NCBI RefSeq assembly: GCF_019636155.1
Contig: NZ_JAHBYB010000004.1
Location: forward strand, 155,564-219,563
Direction of reading: 5' to 3'
Source of the DNA: Brevundimonas sp.
Lineage (GTDB): Bacteria; Pseudomonadota; Alphaproteobacteria; Caulobacterales; Caulobacteraceae
DNA: 64,000 nucleotides
Shown here piece after piece: positions 38,478 to 46,827 of the stretch (position 1 is its first letter; every line of letters starts with the position of its first letter). The notes under the pieces were generated by a model, which saw only the letters and a list, made by a program, of their open reading frames with translations, was not told the DNA's origin and made no database searches. Both the position numbers and the translations under genes were made by a program.

Positions 38478-40868
38478 ATGCGCAACACATTGATCACTGC
38501 GCTCGGCGCACTCGCGCTCACATGCCCGTCGTCCGCCCAGTCGGAGCCGCTCACCCTCGAAACCCTGCTCGGCCTGGAGGCCTTCGGCCGGATCGAGATC
38601 GATCCTTCCGGTGCCGTCGCCGTTTTCGAGGAGCGCCGCGCGCGTGGCGATCTTCCGCGCTATGACCTGCAGCCCGAGGGCGCTCTCAGGTACGCCAGTC
38701 TGTACCGTTTCGACGTCGAGACCCCGGCCAATGTCCGCCCCCTTCTGCCGATGGACGATGACGCCGGCTACACCATGGGTCCGTTCTCACCCGACGGCTC
38801 GCGGCTGATCGTCTTTCGTCTTCAGGACCTGACGTTTCGGCTGGGTATCGTTGACCTGCGGACCGGGGCTGTCGCCTGGACCGATCTTTCACCGGAGAGC
38901 GGCGCCTGGGGGCGGTCGGTCCAATGGATCTCGGACGTCGAGGTCCTCGTGCTCGGCATGCCGGGCGGGGCCCTGCCGCCGCGTCTCGCCATGCAGAACG
39001 TGACCCAGACCCACCTCCCCGATCTCTGGGCGCAGGCCGCCCGGGGGGAGCCGTCCTTTGTGTCGGTCGGACTGGGTGCTCCGGAGGAGGTCCGCGAAAC
39101 CCGCGCGCTATGGCGGGTGAACGCCGACACGGGCACGGCCACCGTCGTCACAGAGGGCGACTTCCTGGATTTCGAGGCGTCCCCCGACGGCAAGCACATC
39201 GCAGTGCTCAAGGACGGCCCTCTTGCCCCGCCCCCCGGCCTCGAAGCGTCGACCGAGTTTCGCAGGGCGCGTTCGTTACGCCTCGTCGAGACGCAGACGG
39301 GCTTGTCGGTGGACCCGCCCGAGGCCGTCGATATCTCGACCAGCCTCCTCGGCTGGGCTCCGGACTCCTCTGCGGTGCTGGTGACCGTTGTCGGCGCCGA
39401 ACCCGCCCGGCTACTCTCCATTACGCCCCACGGGCAGGTTCAAGAGCGGACGCCGGCCGGCGTGTCGCTTGACACGACGGCCGACGTGTTCGGGAGCCCA
39501 ACGACGCACGCAGCCTGGCTTGGCGCCGATGTGGTCGTTCGAGGAACACGCGACGGCGAAACGGGCTGGTGGTCTGAGCGAGCGTCGGAGGTCATCGCTG
39601 TGAACACTTTGAGCGACAGCGCGCGCGTGGTCGCCCAGGGACGACAGGCGGCTCTGTTCGAGGATCGGGGTCGCATCCTTCGCCTTGGCTCCGATCTGTC
39701 GCCGGAGGATCTCGGCCCGACAGGCACGCGTTCGCGCGCCCTCGGCATCTTCGGACATCGGCGCCAGACCGATCCGATGGGCGCAAGCGAGGCGGAGGTC
39801 ATCGGAGACAGCGGTCAGTTGTGTCGCGTCTCCGCAGATGCCGAGCCCGCACCGCCACCGTGCGTCGCCGCGATGCCCGGAGCCAGCGTCAGTTGGAGTC
39901 AGAGGATCAGTGTCGGCATCGGAACCGAGGGCCGCGCGCCGAACCGCCTTGAGGTCCGTAGCGAGACGGGCTCGGTGATCATCAGACGTCTCAACCCGGA
40001 GCTGGACGCCGTCTGGGTGCCCGAGCCTCGCCTGATCAATGGCCCGAACGGTGCGCGAGGCTGGCTCTATCTGCCCGAGACGGCGGAGAACCAGCCCCCG
40101 CCGGTCATCGTCATTCCCTACCCAGGGAAGGCCTATCCCACAGCGCCATCGGCCATGCGCCCGGAGGCGGTGCAGATGACGCTGAACGGGGGACTGCTGG
40201 TCGCGGCGGGCTATGCCGTGATCTATCCGGACTTGCCGACGAACGCCGAACCGTCCGCCGGCCTCGCGGACAGGATCCTCGCCGTCGTCGACGCCGCAGG
40301 CGACGATGGCTCCATCGATACTGATCGGATCGGCCTCTGGGGTCACAGTTTCGGAGGCTGGTCGGTCGTCATGAGCGCCACCCAGTCGCCACGCTTCAAG
40401 GCGGTCGTCGCCCTCAATGGCCCTTACAACCTGCAACTCGCGCTCTCCGATATGTCGCCGAACCAGCGCATTCTAGGTGGAAACACCACCGACGCCGTGA
40501 GCGGTGCACGATGGCTCGAAACCGGGCAGGCGGGCATGGTCCAGTCCTACTGGACCGACCCGGAGCGCTACAGACGAGGGAGTCCTTTCGAGAATGCCGA
40601 TCGAATTGCAGCGCCGGTCCTTCTGATCCACGGCGAGTTGGACTTCCTAGGGGCACACGCCGAGCAGATGTACGCCGCACTTGTGAGACTTCGACGGCCG
40701 GCAGCACTCACCTATCTGTTCGGCGAGGATCACAGTATCCACAATCCCGGCAACGCTAGGATCTACTACGATCAACTGACGGCTTGGTTCGACCGATACC
40801 TCAGACCCGAGGTGCCGCGATCCGGGCCTGCCATCGCCGTAGCCAGGCCTCCGTCAACGCCAGGGTGA
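38478..40868 (+). CDS. Lasso peptide isopeptidase (AtxE2-like, S9 family)
   Basis: Signal peptide; GHSFG nucleophile elbow, HGELD, EDHSI; context next to lasso B/C genes. Confidence 0.85.
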   Translation: MRNTLITALGALALTCPSSAQSEPLTLETLLGLEAFGRIEIDPSGAVAVFEERRARGDLPRYDLQPEGALRYASLYRFDVETPANVRPLLPMDDDAGYTMGPFSPDGSRLIVFRLQDLTFRLGIVDLRTGAVAWTDLSPESGAWGRSVQWISDVEVLVLGMPGGALPPRLAMQNVTQTHLPDLWAQAARGEPSFVSVGLGAPEEVRETRALWRVNADTGTATVVTEGDFLDFEASPDGKHIAVLKDGPLAPPPGLEASTEFRRARSLRLVETQTGLSVDPPEAVDISTSLLGWAPDSSAVLVTVVGAEPARLLSITPHGQVQERTPAGVSLDTTADVFGSPTTHAAWLGADVVVRGTRDGETGWWSERASEVIAVNTLSDSARVVAQGRQAALFEDRGRILRLGSDLSPEDLGPTGTRSRALGIFGHRRQTDPMGASEAEVIGDSGQLCRVSADAEPAPPPCVAAMPGASVSWSQRISVGIGTEGRAPNRLEVRSETGSVIIRRLNPELDAVWVPEPRLINGPNGARGWLYLPETAENQPPPVIVIPYPGKAYPTAPSAMRPEAVQMTLNGGLLVAAGYAVIYPDLPTNAEPSAGLADRILAVVDAAGDDGSIDTDRIGLWGHSFGGWSVVMSATQSPRFKAVVALNGPYNLQLALSDMSPNQRILGGNTTDAVSGARWLETGQAGMVQSYWTDPERYRRGSPFENADRIAAPVLLIHGELDFLGAHAEQMYAALVRLRRPAALTYLFGEDHSIHNPGNARIYYDQLTAWFDRYLRPEVPRSGPAIAVARPPSTPG

Positions 40869-42516
40869 CGAGCCTGGCGAACCCTCCCTGCCAGACCAGG
40901 GCTTCGCGTGTCGTCTCGTCCGCGAGGCCCTGCGGCAGGAGCCCAGCTGCGGCCAGTTCGCCTTCGAGCAGATAGCTGCGAAGAAAGTCCAGATTCCTGG
41001 CCACGGCTTCGCCGTAGAAGGCCCCCAATTCCCCCTTGGAACGGCGATTGAATATGGAAGCAGGGATCGCGTCGGCATAGGCGGCACGTGCCGCGAAACG
41101 GTCACGGCCGCCCCACGTCAAGTCGACAGAGGACCAGGCCAGACCGGCCTCCATGACGGGCTGGCTCAGGAGCGGATTGACGCACGGGCCATATCGCCCC
41201 CTCACGGCGTGTCCCTGAAAAGCCTGAGAATTGACCAGCCCGAGGATTTGGGTGGCCTTTGCGGGCGGCACCCCCTGAAGATCGTCGAGCCAAGGGTGTC
41301 TCCGGTCGCGCAATGCGCGCGTGTGGGCCCGTCGCGCCTTCAGCCAAGCGTTCGGCCAGAGCGACTGGCCGGTCCAGCGCGCGGCGCTGTGAAGCACCTC
41401 GGGCCGCGTGCGCAGCTGTCTTTCATGGACCTCATCGAATGCAATCAGATAACTCGGCATCTGGAAAAACACGACGTCGCCACCCTGCCCCGTCAGCGAG
41501 CCCCAGGCGCCCGAGCTCTCGACCCTCGCCGCGATGTCGTCGTTGTAGTCCGTGTCGAGGTCGTTAACCGGGGGCCTGAAGGCATCGGCCGAGAGCGCGA
41601 GCCGCGCCGCCGACAAATTTAGTCCGTTGCGTTTCACTTCAGTCAGGCGGTAGCCATGTCGCTCGACCACCGGACGCGCGAAGGCGCGCTCGTCCCCCTC
41701 CGGATCGTCTACGAAGTGGTTGACCCACTGCGTGATACGGGCGCGCTGATGATCGCTGAGCGCGCCCGCTATAATCGCCGAATCCAGCCCTCCGCTAACT
41801 TCCACGACCCAAGCTCGCTCGCCCGCCAGCGCTCGCACACTTCGATCGACTACCTCACGAAGATCCGGCCGAACCTGCTCCCGCGCCCTCCGGTAGACCT
41901 CCGACGGTCGCCAGATCTGCCGCGACCGAACCCCCGCCGGACCGATGTGGAGGAGCGCGCCGGACGCAACCGGAGTGAGAGCCGACAGGGCCAGTTCGTG
42001 GCGATAGCCGCCGCCCCGCGTGAGAAGCCCCCTCATCGATTCCCAGTCGATTGTGAGATTATCGGGCAGCAGGCAGTCTAGGGCGGGCGGGGCTGTCGGG
42101 GCGATAACCGTCACACCGTCCTTACGCCAGGCGACCGCCTCGACGGCCCCGGACGGGTCACGGAGGATCGCAGCGTCGCCTGATGTCCGCCGAACCACGA
42201 CGTATCGCCCCCAGAAGGTCGACACGATATCGCTCGCGCGGTTCGCGTCGAGAGCGCGACAGGCAACGACGCCCCGTTCCTCCGGCGATAGCGATCGCCC
42301 GACATGGTCGAATATCTCTCCGACCATAACCCCGTGACCGTCGAGAGCCGCCACGATCTCGAGCCGGGACGTCGCGGGCGCGTAGACGGCTATGAAAGGG
42401 TGTGAGACGCGGCGGCTCCATCCCGCCCCAGCCAAGCGTCGGGCGATCTTCCGCGACAGCGTCTCCAGGGCCCCCGCGTCATCGGCCGCGAGCACGACAT
42501 AGGCATCAGCGCTCAT
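40801..42516 (-). CDS. Lasso cyclase (asparagine synthetase-like C protein)
   Basis: SGGLDS and LTGQGGD motifs, VNPLLSQP; start trimmed to MSADAY. Confidence 0.88.
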   Translation of the reverse strand: MSADAYVVLAADDAGALETLSRKIARRLAGAGWSRRVSHPFIAVYAPATSRLEIVAALDGHGVMVGEIFDHVGRSLSPEERGVVACRALDANRASDIVSTFWGRYVVVRRTSGDAAILRDPSGAVEAVAWRKDGVTVIAPTAPPALDCLLPDNLTIDWESMRGLLTRGGGYRHELALSALTPVASGALLHIGPAGVRSRQIWRPSEVYRRAREQVRPDLREVVDRSVRALAGERAWVVEVSGGLDSAIIAGALSDHQRARITQWVNHFVDDPEGDERAFARPVVERHGYRLTEVKRNGLNLSAARLALSADAFRPPVNDLDTDYNDDIAARVESSGAWGSLTGQGGDVVFFQMPSYLIAFDEVHERQLRTRPEVLHSAARWTGQSLWPNAWLKARRAHTRALRDRRHPWLDDLQGVPPAKATQILGLVNSQAFQGHAVRGRYGPCVNPLLSQPVMEAGLAWSSVDLTWGGRDRFAARAAYADAIPASIFNRRSKGELGAFYGEAVARNLDFLRSYLLEGELAAAGLLPQGLADETTREALVWQGGFARLVTLALTEAWLRRWQARIAAPRV

Positions 42517-42518
42517 GG

Positions 42519-43184
42519 TCAGATCGCCATGATGGGACGGTAAATCGTCAGGGTGTCGGGCGACTGGCTGACGCAATGCTCGTCCACCTGCAGCCAGCAG
42601 TGCGCGAGGAAGGGCCACACGCGGACACCGAAGACCCAGTCCGCATCGAGGTCGGCCGCGTTCAGAAACCGGAGCAGCAGCTCGGCCTGAAACAGGCAGG
42701 CGCCGACGGCCGGGGCGTAGGGGAGCAGTTGGCGAAAGAGACGGACCCGCGCCGCGATGGCGTCGAGATCGTCTCGGCGGCCGCGCCGCCCGGATACTTG
42801 GCGCGCCAGCGACTGAAGCGTCGGCTTGCGTCGCGCTGTATCGGCCCAGAGCATCGCGAAAGTTGCTATATCCACGGCGGACGGCCGCCCGGCCTCAACG
42901 TCCGGAAGCCGGCGAAGCGGAATCGGCGGCGGTGGCGACCGCCGAACCGACGGCGCACCCGATTGCAGAAGTTCGTTCGCGGCCAGATCGAGCATCAGAT
43001 CCATCGGCGCCCGCAATGACCCGCCGTCGACCCGAACCTGGGCGCAGTCTGGGACAAGAAAATAGCCGTCCGTCGAAAGGTCCAGGAGGACGAGATCGGA
43101 GCCCAACTTTACAGCATGCACTGTCTCGGCGAGTTCGCCGCTCTCGTGGCGTTCTCCGAACGAAGGCGAGACGACGGTCTGCAT
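42519..43184 (-). CDS. Lasso B protein (fused RRE plus transglutaminase-like leader peptidase)
   Basis: DLVLLDL..DGYF RRE; ACLFQA, FGVRVWPFLAHCWLQ catalytic C/H. Confidence 0.9.
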   Translation of the reverse strand: MQTVVSPSFGERHESGELAETVHAVKLGSDLVLLDLSTDGYFLVPDCAQVRVDGGSLRAPMDLMLDLAANELLQSGAPSVRRSPPPPIPLRRLPDVEAGRPSAVDIATFAMLWADTARRKPTLQSLARQVSGRRGRRDDLDAIAARVRLFRQLLPYAPAVGACLFQAELLLRFLNAADLDADWVFGVRVWPFLAHCWLQVDEHCVSQSPDTLTIYRPIMAI

Positions 43185-43236
43185 AAGGCGTTTCCGGTCA
43201 GGAAATGACTGTTGCTGTACGGTGCGGGGCGGCAGA

Positions 43237-43262
43237 TCGGGCCGTCAGCGAGGACGGCCCGA
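43237..43262 (-). terminator. Stem-loop between precursor A1 and B gene
   Basis: 10-bp stem TCGGGCCGTC/GACGGCCCGA, 6-nt loop. Confidence 0.65.
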
Positions 43263-43268
43263 CCGTCA

Positions 43269-43388
43269 TCAGCCGACCGGCATGTCCCACTTGAGGTGGG
43301 AGTTGAGCTCGACGAGCTCGCCGTCCACCGCGGCGCGGGTCAGGCGCCGCGCCTGGCCCAGCCGCAGTACTCGAATGGTGGCTTTCAT
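43269..43388 (-). CDS. Lasso precursor A1: leader MKATIRVLRLGQARRLTR, core AAVDGELVELNSHLKWDMPVG
   Basis: GGAG RBS 7 nt upstream, LRLG.AR.LT leader with Thr at -2, Glu9 acceptor. Confidence 0.9.
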   Translation of the reverse strand: MKATIRVLRLGQARRLTRAAVDGELVELNSHLKWDMPVG

Positions 43389-43483
43389 CGCCATTCTCCA
43401 TGTTGTCGTGATACCCCTTGAGATCATCGCAACGGTCGGGGCGTGCCGCGCGTCGGGGCGACCCGGTCGGGCAGCCCCTTCGG

Positions 43484-43612
43484 TCAGGCGCCCGGAGTGA
43501 CGTCGTAGCGCTCGAGCGGGTTCAGCTCGATGAACGTGCCCTCGACGCCAGCACGAGTGAGCTTGCGAGCGGCGCCTAGGCGAACGAGGCGCGAGATGCT
43601 CTTGGTGGTCAT
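43484..43612 (-). CDS. Lasso precursor A2: leader MTTKSISRLVRLGAARKLTR, core AGVEGTFIELNPLERYDVTPGA
   Basis: AGAGGAG RBS, same leader motif, Thr at -2, Glu9 acceptor; translated by hand, absent from the ORF track. Confidence 0.9.
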   Translation of the reverse strand: MTTKSISRLVRLGAARKLTRAGVEGTFIELNPLERYDVTPGA

Positions 43613-43682
43613 GGTCGTCTCCTCTTTCTGAAGGTCGACAGAAGGTCGACGACGAACCATCAGCGCCCATCCACAAATCGAT

Positions 43683-44249
43683 TCAAACGATATTGCGGAT
43701 GTATTCGGAGCCGTCGGCGTTCAACCGCCTGACCCGCGCGGCTAGGCCGCCGGCTGCGGTCCGCCACCGCGCGTAGTAGGCATCGAGGTAGTCCAGCTCC
43801 GGCCCCCCCGATGGGGATATCGGCCCGTTGAGCCGGCGCAAGGGAGCGAGCCGCCGCCGGACCCGCATGAGACTTTCGACCAGCGGCTGGCTCTCGCAAT
43901 GATCCAGCAATGCGACGATCCAGGTCTCAACGGCTGCGTCCGAGCCGTCGCTTAAAGGAGGCGCAGCGGCCGAGCAGGTCGCTGCGAGCCGGACGTGCGC
44001 GGCCTCGAGATCGAGCAAGCCGATGATGTCTTCCACCGGCGCGGGGCGGGTGAAGTATCCGAGGCCTCGTCGATCCTCGACGAGGCCTTCCCCGCAGAGC
44101 CGGGACAGAGCCTCCCGAACGGGGCTGGTGCTGAGTTTCAGCGATGCGGCGATATCGGCCACCGGTAGATGTTGTCCGGGCGCGAGCCCTTGCTCGAGAG
44201 CCTCGCGCAGGCTGGTCACCGCGGAGCCGAAAGGATCGCGCTGTCTCAC
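43683..44249 (-). CDS. GntR family transcriptional regulator
   Basis: LAPGQHL....IAASLKLSTSPVREALSRL..EGLV wHTH; GntR is typical of isopeptidase-type lasso clusters. Confidence 0.85.
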   Translation of the reverse strand: MRQRDPFGSAVTSLREALEQGLAPGQHLPVADIAASLKLSTSPVREALSRLCGEGLVEDRRGLGYFTRPAPVEDIIGLLDLEAAHVRLAATCSAAAPPLSDGSDAAVETWIVALLDHCESQPLVESLMRVRRRLAPLRRLNGPISPSGGPELDYLDAYYARWRTAAGGLAARVRRLNADGSEYIRNIV

Positions 44250-44341
44250 GGGCCATCCCCGCAAGAAATGCGCCCCGCCCGTAGGTCAACGACCCTCCGG
44301 TTTCGGGGCGCGCACGCGGCGAGATAGCGCCTATACTCAAA

Positions 44342-44359
44342 CCCGCAAGAACATTGCGC
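44342..44359. promoter_or_regulatory. Candidate operator CCCGCAA-N5-TTGCGC (copy 2)
   Basis: Overlaps a plausible -35 (TTGCGG) of the gntR-lasso promoter in an AT-rich divergent region. Confidence 0.5.
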
Positions 44360-44486
44360 CATGACCGCAGCTTTTATGCTATTGATCCTATTAGGCTTTC
44401 ATTTGATGCGAGGCTGAGGCATTTTTCAACCTGCAGGGGTGAAGGGAGCCCTTCCTAAAGCCAAAGACGGGGTGGTGGACCGAAGC

Positions 44487-44978
44487 ATGGACAGTCGGCA
44501 AACCCCGTCACCCAACGCGGTGCTCTCCGCCAGCCTTCGTCTCATCCGGTCTCACAGGCGAATGCGGACCATCGATGTGGCCGCCGGGATGAACATGGCC
44601 CTGAGGTCCTACGAGCACTTCGAGTCCGGCGCCGGCCGCATCAACCTGGAGCGGATCCACCGCTTCGCCGAGGTCACCAACAGCGACGCGCACGCCATCC
44701 TCGCCGCGCTGGCGATCGGCTCTCCGGCCTTCGCCTTGCGGTGCGCGGACAACAAGCTGGCGACCATCATCGCGGTCGTCCTTCAGGAGTTCGACGAGGA
44801 GGCGGGAGACGCGATCGCCGACCTCGACGCCCGGACGATCATCAACGCCTTCACCAAGACGCTGAAGGATCTGGCCGACCAGTCCGTCCGCAAGGACGCT
44901 GAAGCCGAAGCCTGGCTCGCGGAGCGGAAAGGGCGACTGATGACGCCCGCGCGGGACGACGGCTCCGGCGACGCCTGA
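44487..44978 (+). CDS. XRE-family HTH regulator
   Basis: LRLIR....MRTIDVAAGMNMALRSYEHFESG helix-turn-helix. Confidence 0.8.
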   Translation: MDSRQTPSPNAVLSASLRLIRSHRRMRTIDVAAGMNMALRSYEHFESGAGRINLERIHRFAEVTNSDAHAILAALAIGSPAFALRCADNKLATIIAVVLQEFDEEAGDAIADLDARTIINAFTKTLKDLADQSVRKDAEAEAWLAERKGRLMTPARDDGSGDA

Positions 44979-45026
44979 CCGACCGCGAATTCCCGTCCGC
45001 AACCTTCCCGGATCGACGCGGCGGCC

Positions 45027-45305
45027 TTGTCGGCGGCCAATGGCGAGGTGCGCCTTGATCCCTCCCCAACCTCATCAAACGCCGCCCTGGGCGACCTGAC
45101 TCCGCGCCAGCAGGCGTGTCTCGAACTCGCCGCCGAAGGCCTGACCTCGGCGGCGATCGCCGAACGCCTCGGAGTCTCACCCCGAACAGTTGACGAGCAT
45201 CTGACCTCGGCGTGCGAGGCGCTGGGTGTTCGGACTCGCATTCAGGCGGTTGCGCGGCTGGCGCAGGGCGAGCGCCGCGGTGAGGCCCGCAGTTTCCGTC
45301 CGTAG
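45027..45305 (+). CDS. Second stand-alone LuxR-type HTH regulator
   Basis: LTPRQQACL.L...GLTSAAIAERLGVSPRTVDEH; start uncertain. Confidence 0.8.
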   Translation: MSAANGEVRLDPSPTSSNAALGDLTPRQQACLELAAEGLTSAAIAERLGVSPRTVDEHLTSACEALGVRTRIQAVARLAQGERRGEARSFRP

Positions 45306-45382
45306 ATTTTCGGCGGGAAGGTCGCGGGTCGTTCGCGGGCGACGGATCGGATGAGGTGACGGCCTTCAGCCAGGAGCCCTGC

Positions 45383-46000
45383 ATGCTCGATCTCGTCGCG
45401 GTTCTCGCCCTGTCCCAGGTCTGTGCGCCCTCCGTCGCTCCCGAGACGTTGGCGGCCATCTCCCATGTCGAGAGTCGCTTCGATCCGCTGGCGATCGGCG
45501 TCAACCGCGGCGGACGTCGTCCGCCCCGCGCTCGCAACGCCGCCGAGGCGGCGCGATCGGCGAGGGGGCTACTGGCCGACGGGGCAAACATCGACCTCGG
45601 TCTGGCGCAGATCAACAGCAGCAACCTGCACTGGCTTGGCCTGACGGTGGAAGATGCGTTCGACCCCTGTCGCAACCTCGCGGCGGCCGCGACCGTCCTG
45701 CGCGCGGGATATCGGGCTACCAGCAGCGCCGCTTCGGACCAGCAAGCCGCCCTGCGCATCGCGCTCTCCCGGTACAATACCGGCGATGCGGAACGAGGCT
45801 TCCGAAACGGATACGTCGGTCGAGTCGAGGATGCCGCGATAGCGCTCAGGCTGGCCCGTCCAGCGGCCGCAGCCGCCGCCACGGACACGCGCGCGCCGCC
45901 GATTTCGCCTTCGCTTGAAGCCGCGCCGCTGCCCCCCTGGGACATCTTCGGCCGCGCCCGGGCCGACCTGTTCGTCATCTCAAACCCAGCCGCACGGTGA
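45383..46000 (+). CDS. virB1: Lytic transglycosylase
   Basis: HVESRFDPLAIGVN, DLGLAQINS, ALSRYNTG; AGGAG RBS. Confidence 0.9.
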   Translation: MLDLVAVLALSQVCAPSVAPETLAAISHVESRFDPLAIGVNRGGRRPPRARNAAEAARSARGLLADGANIDLGLAQINSSNLHWLGLTVEDAFDPCRNLAAAATVLRAGYRATSSAASDQQAALRIALSRYNTGDAERGFRNGYVGRVEDAAIALRLARPAAAAAATDTRAPPISPSLEAAPLPPWDIFGRARADLFVISNPAAR

Positions 46001-46005
46001 TCCCG

Positions 46006-46317
46006 ATGACTTCAGCTGCGCACCTTCGTCGCCCCGCCCGTCATCTGGGCGCGCTCCTGTGCATCGCCCTGGCCGCGACCGCGCTGACCGCCCAGCCCGC
46101 CCTGGCGTCCGCCAACGTCGAAGGGCTGCTGCAGAACGTGGTCGACATGCTCACGGGCAACACCGCCCGGCTCCTTGCGGTGCTCGCGGTGGTGGTGGTC
46201 GGCATTCTGTGGATGTTCGGTCTGTTCGACCTTCGCCGGGCGGCCATCGTCGTGCTCGGGATCGTGGTGGTCTTCGGTGCGGCCGAGATCGTCAACCTGA
46301 TCACCGGGGGCTCGTGA
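46006..46317 (+). CDS. virB2: Pilin
   Basis: Signal plus two hydrophobic helices, FGAAEIV. Confidence 0.88.
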   Translation: MTSAAHLRRPARHLGALLCIALAATALTAQPALASANVEGLLQNVVDMLTGNTARLLAVLAVVVVGILWMFGLFDLRRAAIVVLGIVVVFGAAEIVNLITGGS

Positions 46318-46499
46318 TGCCCTCCCCGGCGGCGACCCTCCTGATCGGCGCGATCGCCGCCTTGCTGGCGCTGTGTCTCGCCCAGGGCCTGGGCCTGATT
46401 TCGCCGAAGCGGTTCGCCCAGCTCGTGGGCGGCGCAGCCGGCGGGGTCGCTCTAATCTGCGCCGGCGTCTGGCTCGCGGAGGGAGGCGCCCATGGCTGA
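46317..46499 (+). CDS. Small hydrophobic protein (60 aa) between virB2 and virB3
   Basis: TGATG overlap with virB2 stop, overlap with virB3 start, two TM-like segments. Confidence 0.6.
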   Translation: MPSPAATLLIGAIAALLALCLAQGLGLISPKRFAQLVGGAAGGVALICAGVWLAEGGAHG

Positions 46500-46827
46500 G
46501 GAACGCCTAACGGAGGATCCCCTCTTCCTCGCCTGCACCCGCCCCGCCATGGTCATGGGGGTGCCGATGGAGGCCATGGGGGTCAACGTCATCCTCTCCG
46601 GCGTGGTGTTCCTCATCGGCGGGAGCCTGCTTTACCTGCTCGTCGCACCGGCCCTTCACCTGGTGTTCCGCGCAATCTGCCGCGCCGATCACAACGCCTT
46701 CCGCCTCCTCTTCGTCTACGTCGACACCAAGGGCCGCTGCCGCAACGGCGCGCTGTGGGGCGGCAGCTCCGTGTCGCCTCTGCCCGTCGTGCGCCGTTAC
46801 GTCGTCGCGGAGCTGCGCCGTGGCTGA
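46492..46827 (+). CDS. virB3: T4SS inner membrane protein
   Basis: DPLFLACTRPAMVMGVP signature. Confidence 0.9.
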   Translation: MAEERLTEDPLFLACTRPAMVMGVPMEAMGVNVILSGVVFLIGGSLLYLLVAPALHLVFRAICRADHNAFRLLFVYVDTKGRCRNGALWGGSSVSPLPVVRRYVVAELRRG

